This document shows positions 11,364 through 20,000 of a stretch of 20,000 nt of DNA, one piece after another. The notes under the pieces are model-generated. The model had not been told where the DNA came from, ran no database searches, and worked only from the letters and a program-made list of their open reading frames with translations. The DNA lies in contig NC_057753.1 of NCBI RefSeq assembly GCF_004010195.1, positions 2,629,687 through 2,649,686 of the forward strand, read 5' to 3'. Position numbers and translations under genes: made by a program. Numbering within the stretch: the first letter of the stretch is position 1; each line of letters starts with the position of its first letter. The stretch comes from Chiloscyllium plagiosum (taxonomy: Eukaryota).

Positions 11364-11848
11364 TACCTTAGAAATCATTCTGTCTGGGTGCATAACGACG
11401 TGGTAAAGCAACTTGTCTGGCCAGGACGGTAAGAAACTATAGGAGGTCGTGAGCAGAGTCGAGATAATCACTCAAGCCAACCTTCAATCCATGGACTCCA
11501 TTTACCTTTCTTGTAGCAGGTGAAAGGCTGCCAAAATCTCTAAAGATGCATATCACCACAGAAATGCTCTCATACAATCTCTTCCATCAGGCCGAAGATG
11601 CAGAATCATGAACGCTGGTTGCATTTTCACGAAAAAGCTTCTTCCCTGCCGTTATGAGAGAGATGAATGGTCTCTCAGACTTCAAATATTATGGATGTCC
11701 TATAATGGTGTAATCTGTATGCTTCACTCTGTTCAATTTTTTTTTTACTCGATCTTTATGTCCTTGCTTACTGTAATCTACTTATATTTCTCACAAAGAT
11801 TTCATTGTACTTAGGTACATGCGACTAAACATCAAACCAAATCAATTC
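11364..11848 (+). mobile_element. Rex1/Babar-like 3' end (C-terminus, 3'UTR, tail), right of the CR1 insertion
   Basis: Translates TLEIILSGCITTW*SNLSGQDGKKL, LPSGRRCR and SFFPAV. Tail TGTACTTAGGTACATGCGAC followed by (CAAAT)-like repeats. Confidence 0.8.
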
Positions 11849-12034
11849 ATTGTCATCACCAGAATGCTGTCGGGCGTCATAGTCTTTGCCATATTCAGTG
11901 CGCCAACCATTTCTTTGACAGACTTTGGACAACCTGAAAATGAAGGTATTTTAGTCAAAGTAAAATTTCCATTGTTACTTTCACCAGATGGCTTGTGATG
12001 TCACGTGCCAGTCCCACCGAACCTGCACAACCTT

Positions 12035-12182
12035 GCGGGAGGAAATTGGGGCACCCGGACAAAAGCCATGCAGATTCGGGGTAAATGTGCACACTCCATA
12101 AACATAAGTGTCCAAGGCTGGAATCAAAACGGGTCCCTAACGCTGTGACGTAACAGTGCTAACCACTGAGCCAGCGTGCCAC
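12035..12182 (-). mobile_element. HE1/V-SINE-type tRNA-derived SINE, 5' half
   Basis: Reverse complement reads GTGGCACGCTGGCTCAGTGGTTAGCACTG (A box)...GATTCCAGCC (degenerate B box)...GGAGTGTGCACATTTACCCC...CCGGGTGCCCCAATTTCCTCC (V-domain-like). Confidence 0.85.
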
Positions 12183-12244
12183 AAGTTGATTCCATTTGCC
12201 GTGGAACATGGTGAGCTGTTTATCCACTTTAACGTGCTAGTAGA

Positions 12245-12455
12245 GGCGCTTGCCTCGTGGTACTATCGCTGGACTATTAATTCCCGGTTCCACTCTGACA
12301 TGGCATTTGAATTTGAATTTAATAAAAGTCTGGAATTAAGAGTCTAAGCATAACCGCGGATCCATGTTTCTTTTGGAAATTGTTTGGCAAAATCCGTCTG
12401 TCTCATTAATGTCTTTACGGAAGGAAACTACCATTCTTACTTGTTCTGGCCTAAA
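12245..12455 (+). mobile_element. Degenerate tRNA-derived SINE of a second family
   Basis: GAATTTGAATTTAATAAAAGTCTGGAATTAAGAGTCTA and CATTAATGTCTTTACGGAAGGAAACT..TCTGGCCTA resemble a recurrent elasmobranch SINE body. The family was not confidently assigned. Confidence 0.65.
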
Positions 12456-12893
12456 TGGTTATTAGTATCTGGAAATCCGTCCATCTCTAAAGCAAGCATA
12501 TATATGCAATTGTAATGCATCAAGATGACACCTTCAGCGACGTTGAGCTGCTGTCTGCATGAACAAGACACTAATCTTAGGCGACAACTCATACAATTCT
12601 GTGATGAATTTTCGAGCAAAAAAAAAACAGAAATAGTAAAACTTACAGCAATTCGCTAAGGTCTGAATATGCACATGAATTTGTAATAAAATATTTATGA
12701 AATTGGAGACTTAAACTTGAAAGAGGACAAAACGAGGATCACATAGATTTAGAACTTTTTCCACAAGCATTAAACAGTCTAGACGATTCGATTGTGTATA
12801 TACATGAATGGGCTCTGATTAAAAGTTGTTAAAATACATTTGCATCGCTCAAAAAAGAGGGTTAGAATAGAGTGGTGCTGGAAAAACATAGCA

Positions 12894-14293
12894 AGCAAAG
12901 AGGGAGTTTGACCCCACCCTACAGCTCACCAAAAGGATAAACATCACACTGAGGAACCTACCAAAAAACGGAGAGATAACCAGGTTTGACCTACAAAGAA
13001 TGACACTGAAAGCAACAACACCCCCAGATTCTATGGACCACCTAAAATGCACAAACCAGACATCCCACTCAGACCAATAGTATCACTACTAGGGACACCA
13101 TCACACTAACTGGCTAAAGAACTAGAGCAGAAACTGAAACACCTGATCAGCGGATCCAGACACTCTATACAGTCAACACAGGAATTCTTGGACATCATCA
13201 GAAATATACACATAGACAAGGAAGAAACTATGGTCTCATTTGTTGTAACGGCACTGTTCACCTCTATCGACAAAACCCTAGCCAGAGAAACAATAGCCAA
13301 CCTGCTGGACATACAGAACAGACAACAGGACGGTGAACCTATCAACAAAGACGTCACACTCAAACTACTGGACCTGTGCCTCACAACACACTTCACATTC
13401 AACAACCAAATATATGAACAAATCAAGGCACACCCATGGGCTCACCCATCTCTGGACTCAGCAGAAGCGGTAATGCAAAGATTAGAACAAACAGTCTTAC
13501 CGCAAATTCAACCCAAACTTTGGGTCAGATATGTAGATGACACCTTTTGTAATCATTAAAAACACAGAAATAGAGAACACACACCGGATCATCAACGCCA
13601 NNNNNNNNNNNNNNNNNNNNNNNNNTACACCAGGACTGCAAAAAGAGGAAGAAGAACACCTATACAATGTATTCGCCAAAAACGGATACCCGCGCAATTT
13701 CATCAACAGATGCCAAAGGGAAAGACAACGGAATGACGACATGCCACAACCAGAAGGACTAGCCACGCTACCATACAACAAGAGCATTTCCGAACTGACA
13801 GCCAGACTACTGCGACCACTAGGACTCATAACAGCACACAAACCAACAGCCACTCTCAGACAACAACTCACCAGAACGAAGGACCCGATACCCAGCATGA
13901 GCAAAACCAATGTAGTGCACAAATTCCCATGCAAGGACTGCACAAAACACTACATAGGACAAACAGGAAGACAGCTAACGATCCGCAACCCTGAACACCA
14001 ACCAGCCACGAAACGACACAACCAGCTATCTTTAGTAGCCACACACGCAGATGACAAGCAACATAAATTCGACTGGGACAACACAACTATTATAGGANNN
14101 NNNNNNNNNNNNNNACCACTGCAGCGGACAGCTGGAACTGACAACCGGAAGCGGCAGATTCAAACCATTATAAATACCGGAGGATCACAGAAGCGCTTCA
14201 CAGGAGGCTCCCAAGCACTGAGGATGTCACCTAGACAGGGGACGAAACGTCTGCAACACAAATTCCCAGCTCGGCGAACAAAACCACAACAAC
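12894..14293 (+). mobile_element. 5'-truncated Penelope-like retroelement (RT + GIY-YIG endonuclease + terminal region)
   Basis: RT motifs PKMHKPDIPLRPIVS, MVSFVVTALFTSI and WVRYVDDTF. GIY-YIG motif NVVHKFPCKDCTKHYIGQTGRQLTIR..EH. 8-bp TSD ACATAGCA at 12886-12893 and 14294-14301. Contains frameshifts and two N gaps. Confidence 0.93.
14215..14254 (+). ncRNA. Minimal type I hammerhead ribozyme
   Basis: GCA-CTGAGGA-T-GTCACCT(AGAC)AGGGGAC-GAAA-C-GTC-TGC: CUGANGA core at 14218-14224, stem II, GAAA at 14244-14247, GUC at 14249-14251, stem I GCA/TGC. Confidence 0.85.
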
Positions 14294-14330
14294 ACATAGC
14301 AGGTCAGGCAGCATCCGAGGAATAGGAAAA

Positions 14331-14359
14331 TCGACGTTTCGGGCAAAAGCCCTTCGTCA
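14331..14359 (-). ncRNA. 5'-truncated hammerhead ribozyme motif
   Basis: Minus strand reads TGACGA-A-GGGC(TTTT)GCCC-GAAA-CGTC. The first C of CUGANGA and the 5' arm of stem I are missing. Confidence 0.7.
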
Positions 14360-14539
14360 AAAAAAAGGTGTTGATGACTGAACAATGATTACCCTCTGCC
14401 TGCTTCTTGAAGCCTATAGACTGAAATTTGGAAAGGATACAGCAAAACACAATTTCACACATTTAAAACAGAATGATTATGGTGTTTGATGCTACAGTGC
14501 AACAAACGCTGGTGAAGGCAAATTGTATGCTGGCCCTCA

Positions 14540-14869
14540 AAGCGGAAGGGTAGAATACAGGAGCAAGGATCCCTTTCTCCTGTTGTACAGGGCCTTGGTG
14601 AGACCAGAAGGTATTTTGGCTATGGAGGGAGAGGAACAAATGATGACCAGACTGATTCCTGGAATGGCTGGACAAATATACAGAGAGGCACTGACTCATT
14701 TAGAACTATATTTACTGGAGCTTGGAAGAATGAGGGGGAATCTCATATAAATCTATAAATCTCTGACAGGAGTAGAGAGCGTCAGCATAGAAAGAATGTT
14801 ACCGATGACCAGAGAATTTAGGAGCAGGACAGTCTCCAAGAGCCGAGCTTCTATTTTCTATGTTTCTAT
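14540..14869 (+). mobile_element. Degenerate CR1 3' fragment
   Basis: VEYRSKD..LLLYRALVRP, TRLIPGMAG..Y.E.L..L.LY.LE..RMRGNLI, and tail TTTCTATGTTTCTA. Confidence 0.8.
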
Positions 14870-14984
14870 TGAGAGTCACAATTAGATTTGAGGCTACATC
14901 ACTTGCTCTGTGATCGCTTGTGCTGAAGAATTATCAGGAGGCAGACTTTGGCTCCGTTTTCCATGAAAGATTGATTTCTCATCG

Positions 14985-15061
14985 CAGGTTACTCTGCGGA
15001 GGGTCCGTGTGGACTTGTTGGGCCGAAGGGCCTGTTTCCACACTGTAGGGAATCTAATCTT
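14985..15061 (+). mobile_element. HE1/HER1-type 3' tail fragment
   Basis: GTGTGGACTTGTTGGGCCGAAGGGCCTGTTTCCACACTGTAGGGAATCTAATCT; its core is identical to 16200-16240. Confidence 0.85.
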
Positions 15062-15201
15062 AAAAAAGATACCATGAAGGAATATAATTTACCCATGGAA
15101 ATATAAACACCACCTGAGCAACAGCTGCACGGATCTGTTTGTTGCAAGGACTTTCATAAAACTTAACGAACTAATAAGCTCCCTCGAGCCTGGAAGGAGG
15201 C

Positions 15202-15209
15202 ATATATAT
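15202..15209 (+). promoter_or_regulatory. Candidate TATA-like box of the GPCR gene
   Basis: GGGCATATATATC lies about 50 nt upstream of the ATG at 15258. Positional argument only. Confidence 0.3.
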
Positions 15210-15257
15210 CACAATTTTACACTGAAATACTGAACGAGCCCACAGCATCTGATAGAA

Positions 15258-15327
15258 ATGCATGAAGCACTAAAAGGTCTGCTGTTTGCCATTTACTATC
15301 CCGTCATTGCACTCATCGGAGTTCCAA
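15258..15327 (+). CDS. Coding exon 1 of GPR139/142-like class A GPCR (N-terminus and first half of TM1)
   Basis: Encodes MHEALKGLLFAIYYPVIALIGVP plus 1 nt, followed by donor GTAAGT at 15328. Phase 1 matches exon 2. Confidence 0.88.
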
Positions 15328-16035
15328 GTAAGTTACTGTGCCTAGTTAGTGATTGCACGAACAATTTCATTCGTATTACTTCTCCACTTTTCAGGTACCC
15401 TGTCTGCTACTTAATGTCTTCTCATTTCCCCGTCACCAGGATACTGGATTTCGTTGAACTGCGATAAGTCTTTTGTCACCAAACACGCACTACTTCAGTA
15501 TTTCAGCCTCATGTCCTCTCCCACGACTACATTTTGACAAAGATTGGCATGACAAATCTGTAATTTCTCCACGTTATCATGTTTATTTCGAATTCTTCAT
15601 TCTTTCCCAAAAATTTCATGTACAGCAGTATTCTGTCTACCAAGATAGATGCAATTTCATTTTTCTAATTATATGATACTTCCAGTTTCGTGCTTACACC
15701 TAACCAAGTAAATGTAGTTCTAATGTGTAAATGGTCCTGTTGTTTTGGTGAATTGGCATAACGTTATCACGGCTCAGTTCCGTTATATTCTGATATTGAC
15801 CATGTTCTTGTGGGTGAATTAATGAAACCTGATTGTTGTGTAAATTGGTTCTGTGGTGGCACTGAAATTCACATATTGTTATCGCAGGTGCATATCACGT
15901 TTTATTCTGTTATTAATTTCAGATATGGACAGGTTGTTCGCAGTATGAAATTATAAATTTATTGTGTTATTGACAAATACACAGAAGAAATGCGACGAAT
16001 TAGTAATTGAGATTTGTAACCCTCGAATAACATAT

Positions 16036-16191
16036 GATTAGATTAGATTACAGTGTGGAAACAGGCCCTTCTGCCCAACAAGTCCACACCGACCCGCCGA
16101 AGCGAAACCCACCCATGCCCCTACATTTACCCCTTACCTAACACTACGGGCAATTTAGCATGGCCAATTTACCTGACCTGCACATCTTTGG
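16036..16191 (-). mobile_element. HE1-type SINE 3' half, ending at an N gap
   Basis: (GATTA)n tail, then CAGTGTGGAAACAGGCCCTTCTGCCCAACAAGTCCACACC and GGCAATTTAGCATGGCCAATT. Confidence 0.85.
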
Positions 16192-16198
16192 NNNNNNN

Positions 16199-16280
16199 GG
16201 TGTGGACTTGTTGGGCCGAAGGGCCTGTTTCCACACTGTAAGTAATCTAATCTATATCAATCTAATCTAATCTAATCTAA
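16199..16280 (+). mobile_element. HE1-type SINE 3' tail
   Basis: GGTGTGGACTTGTTGGGCCGAAGGGCCTGTTTCCACACTGTAA followed by (TCTAA)n. Confidence 0.85.
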
Positions 16281-16526
16281 ATAAGGAAAATTCTAATGCT
16301 GCAATATATGTCACCGACATAATGACCAAATCTTTTTGTCAGTCTGGATATGTTTGATCACGTTTCCATGGCCATCATATCCTGAGACAGAACTTGAACC
16401 CAAACATTCTCACCGGAGATGACGACATCCCTACAACAAAAATCTGAGTGACTTCTGCATTAACGTTGTTGTCATTACATTTTTTTAAAATGAATCACTG
16501 ATACATGTCAGTGTTTCTGTTCTCAG

Positions 16527-17126
16527 TGTTATAGACCAGACCAAACCCTCTCAAAACGTTTCAAGATTTTAGCCCAGACCCTAACTTCCTAGTTGTATTA
16601 AGTCGATGTACGGTTGATATTCGAGGAGCGATGCAGTTGCTCGAACCACTCGGTTTTAAACGAACCCGAAATTCTTTGCACACGAACAAAAGAAAATTGA
16701 CTTTAGAATAACCCAACTATTTGAAAGTACAACCAAAACAAGAACACAACTAAGCAAAGAGCTGTTCCGATTTCCCGCACCTTCCCATAACACACCACTT
16801 GGCAAAGCGAGATATTCAAACATAGGTTCTGATAGGAGAGAGATTGCAGAGAGAGTCAGACAGAAAACCTCTGTTGAACCCGGGAAACTTCTCCCTCAGC
16901 TCCTTTCTTGATGAGTAGCTTCAAACAGATTGCTTGCTAAAACCAAACCAAAAAAGAAACACTGAACTGGGAGAATTGGACACCTCTTTAATTGTACTAG
17001 TTTTAAAAAAAGAGTAAAAGCCTTTTCAAGTTGATAGTTCAAAATATATCGGAAGGTCTGCCTTTTCGAATTCTCTCAATAAAAATAAGGGCGACATAAA
17101 GTTTTTCAAAGGACAACATCGCCATA
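16527..17126. mobile_element. Probable solo LTR (600 bp) in the GPCR intron
   Basis: Starts TGTTAT and ends ..GCCATA (terminal CA apparently mutated to TA). Flanked by TCAG at 16523-16526 and 17127-17130. Confidence 0.55.
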
Positions 17127-17956
17127 TCAGCCTCCACAGAGCTCAGTCCATCGGCAGGGTCATTCTCCAGCCCCCTTTTGCTTTTGCTAATGGTTCTTTA
17201 ATGACTGATATCCTCTCTTTTCCTCTTTTCTTTTCACAACTCAGAAATGCTCAGATACCATGTTCACCATATTCTCTATGGATTTTTCATAAACATGGCG
17301 CTCATATTCTTTGTTCCAATGCCTGATGAACATGAGGTTAATTGTTAACCCAGATAGAGCAGCCCACGCTTTGCACTACATTTTCAGAGTACTTCTCACT
17401 ATTTGCATCTCACTGTCTGCAGTTGTAGTCCGTCCATTCGACACCTACAGATCCTAATTTACTCATCAGCGTTGCGGCTCAAACATACAACTGAGTTCTA
17501 CCTAATATGTCCTTTTCAAAGTCGAAGATAAAATTATTCTCATTTCGCATTCATCCTGATCTTAATGTTTCTGAGCATTTTCACATTTCCAACACTGAAT
17601 CATTTCACAATAACTTAATGAATAAAGTCACTTTGGATATGTGCCGTGACATACTCATTAATCATGTTGATTTAATTGCTTATTGTCGGTTGCTCTATCG
17701 TTATTTCAATATTTCCTACAATATTATGCAATGCTACCAAGTCAGCTTGAACTCAGTCACCGTTAGAAGTCAATAAATTGGTTTTTCATTACATTCACAT
17801 TTACTTGGTGTACTTTCTCATGTGGAAGCTATGATAAATCAAGTAAATAGTTTTGGGTAGCTTTATAAATAATAAACATTTGAGTTTTTCAACAGTTACA
17901 AAGATTCCATTAAAGAAAAGTAACTTCTTTTCGGAGTAAAATCTGTAACTCTCATT

Positions 17957-17998
17957 TCTCTCTCTCTCTCTCTCTCTCTCTCCATCTCTCTCTCTCTG
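17957..17998 (+). repeat. (TC)n microsatellite forming the polypyrimidine tract
   Basis: TC dinucleotide run with one interruption, directly upstream of the acceptor AG at 18007-18008. Confidence 0.9.
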
Positions 17999-18008
17999 TC
18001 CATTACAG

Positions 18009-18925
18009 CTAACGTAGCAGTTATTGTGATCCTGTCTCGAAGAAGGTGTGGAATCCCTGGATGTATCGTATATTACCTGGTCTCAATGGCGGTGTCAGAT
18101 CTACTGGTCATAGTTACAGCGGTTATATTAAACCGCATTGCTGGGATTTATTTCCCGTTCAGTTTTCTCTCCATCACACCTGTCTGCAGTGCACGTTCTG
18201 CATTAAATTACGGATTTATAGATAGTTCTGCATGGTTAACAGTTGCTTTCACCATAGATCGATCCATAGCCATTTGTTCCCAGGCGCTCAAAAGAAGGTA
18301 TTGCACCAAGCGTACAGCAATGCGCGTCGTTGGAATTGTGACCACATTAAGTTGCATAAAAAATATATTCATGTATTTTACATATGAACCTAGGTACATA
18401 ATAAAAAATACACCCTGGTTCTGCAACCTAAAAGATATATTTTTTACGTCAGTTGCATGGGCTGCATATGATTGGATTTGTTCAATTTTAACCACTTGCC
18501 TCCCATTTATTCTGATCATACTGCTCAATGCTCTGACCGTCAGATACATTCTAGTGGCTAATAGGGCCCGCCGGAGACTCCAAACCCAGAACATGGGAAA
18601 GAATCAGAACGATGGAGAGATGGAGAAGCGGAGAAAGTCCATCATTTTGCTCTTTGCCATTTCAGGCAGTTTCATTTTGTGCAATGCATTGTACTTCATT
18701 ACAATCCTCTACGTCCGCATTGTGAATCTTACCTATGCAACAGGTTCTGCCTTTAACAATCTTTCTCTTGTTCTCAATGAAAGTTCATTTATGCTTCAGT
18801 TTTTGAGTTCCTGCATCAACCCATTTATTTATGCTGGAACTCAGAATAAATTCAGGGAAGAGTTAAAGAACGTGATAGGATATCCATGGAGACTTTTCCT
18901 CAAAATGTTCACGATTTCAAAGTAG
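18009..18925 (+). CDS. Coding exon 2 of GPR139/142-like orphan class A GPCR (spliced product 328 aa)
   Basis: Acceptor TTACAG|CT; splicing gives IGVP-T-NVAVIVILSR. Motifs: TM2 MAVSDLL, TM3 TVAFTIDRSIAIC, RYCT, TM5 CLPF...LN, TM7 SCINPFIY. Uninterrupted ORF to TAG. Orthology to GPR139 itself is not established. Confidence 0.92.
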
Positions 18926-18937
18926 AAAATAGGAAGA

Positions 18938-19234
18938 TAGTGTAGCGGTATTGTTAATGCATTAGTCATCCAGAATTGCCGTCTAATACTGGAAGCATTT
19001 CTGGTGAAATCCTGCAATTGGCATTTATAATTGGAACAGATAAATATGGAATATACTACTGGTCTCAATAATAGCGACTTCCAGCCTCTCTTACCGCTCC
19101 AAGCTCATTCACTGAGGGCCTCCAGGGATGGAAACTTGCAAAGTTGACATGACAGTTTCTACGTGTGACCCTAATTCCTCTGGGGACAGCCAATGAGTGT
19201 TGTCTTGAATTTTGTCCATCCCGTGAAAAAAAAA
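18938..19234 (+). mobile_element. Highly degenerate SINE right after the GPCR stop codon
   Basis: TTCACTGAGGGCCTCCAGGGATGGAAACT resembles the SINE body near 12405-12430. Ends CATCCCGTG plus an A run. Confidence 0.5.
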
Positions 19235-19445
19235 TAGTTTAAAAGGATAGATTATATTCCATTAGTTCCTCTTCTTATCCATGTGCCCCCTCACGAAATG
19301 CCCTCATGCCCGGAAGGGTACCCTTCAGAGCAGTTAACTGGTTGAAGCCTGACCGTTTGGGAATTGTTTTCAAGTAAACCACTGAATTCTGAATATGATG
19401 ATTGATTAATTGTCAATTCCATACCCCTCATTACGATGGAGTCGC

Positions 19446-19515
19446 GGTCGCCTTTTTGACACAATTACCTTTCAGCAGATGGTCGCCTTTTTGACACAAT
19501 TACCTTTCAGCAGAT
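19446..19515. repeat. Perfect 35-bp tandem duplication
   Basis: GGTCGCCTTTTTGACACAATTACCTTTCAGCAGAT at 19446-19480 and 19481-19515. Confidence 0.95.
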
Positions 19516-20000
19516 GTCGCGGATTTTGAGGCGTGGGTTCAAGTCCCTCATGCTCCACAGATTTACAATAACATCATGTTAGAGATACAATCCTATCTCT
19601 TAGGGGTCAAGTGCCACTTACAGCAGAGGTAGACAGTCAGATTTCGAAACAGAATGATTGAAACATTTCTTTGACCAGGACTGCTTCCGTTCTTTAAATA
19701 AAGCATAATGTAGCATATTTTGATGTATCTTTCTCATATTTATCTGCATTAAAATCAAAGTTGCTACTACTATCCTAAAAACAAAGCAATCCCAATGAAT
19801 GAATAGAATTTGTCAGTTTGGCACATCTGAAAGTGTAAGCATGCAAAATCAAATGGAGCGCTCATCAGGAATCTTATTTATTTTTGTGTTGGCTTTGTAA
19901 AATGCTAAGCAGTACATTTGAATGACTATGTATCTGAGGAGCGATTTTAATGCTTCTGCTCACTCAATGGAGGCACAAAGTTTGTGAAGGAAAAGTGAGA

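Larger units (their letters stand above)
12861..14359 (-). mobile_element. Short Penelope-like terminal fragment of about 90 bp, split into 12861-12893 and 14294-14359 by a younger Penelope insertion
   Basis: Joining the halves at the ACATAGCA duplication gives AGAGTGGTGCTGGAAAAACATAGCAGGTCAGGCAGCATCCGAGG...CGACGTTTCGGGCAAAAGCCCTTCGTCA. Flanked by TCAAAAAAGAGG (12849-12860) and TCAAAAAAAAGG (14357-14368). Confidence 0.75.

Noticed and set aside
12110..12182. tRNA gene
   Set aside because: The A/B-box-like head continues into a SINE body and the B box is degenerate.
13537..14325. 262-aa ORF as an intact GIY-YIG nuclease gene
   Set aside because: It spans two N gaps that appear shorter than the missing Penelope sequence and runs into non-coding terminal sequence. 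It is a frameshifted retroelement remnant.
15328..15467. Continuation of the 69-aa ORF as a small membrane protein
   Set aside because: This is read-through past the GTAAGT donor into the intron. Only the first 70 nt fit the GPCR.
18208..18594. 128-aa antisense ORF
   Set aside because: Shadow ORF of the GPCR exon with no recognisable motifs.
19446..19515. CRISPR-like 35-bp repeats
   Set aside because: Only two directly adjacent copies, no spacer, no cas genes, and a eukaryotic context.

Overview
Repeat-dense vertebrate genomic DNA, most likely from a shark. This is inferred from HE1/V-SINE-type repeats, CR1/HER1-type LINE tails, the zinc-finger style and a GPR139-like receptor. Most of the window is decayed and nested retroelements: several CR1 LINEs, a Rex1/Babar-like LINE split by CR1 insertions, a Penelope-like element with GIY-YIG domain and hammerhead ribozyme, SINEs, a probable solo LTR, and a short A-tailed insertion with a 13-bp TSD. 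There are two host-gene loci: a 12-finger C2H2 zinc-finger pseudogene (2928-3947, +) and an apparently intact two-exon class A GPCR of the GPR139/142-like group (15258-15327 + 18009-18925, +, 328 aa) with altered activation motifs. The most notable observations are two convergent hammerhead motifs produced by a Penelope-into-Penelope insertion, and the atypical orphan GPCR. I found no evidence of a wholly new multi-gene system. Family names come from recalled motifs, not database searches.
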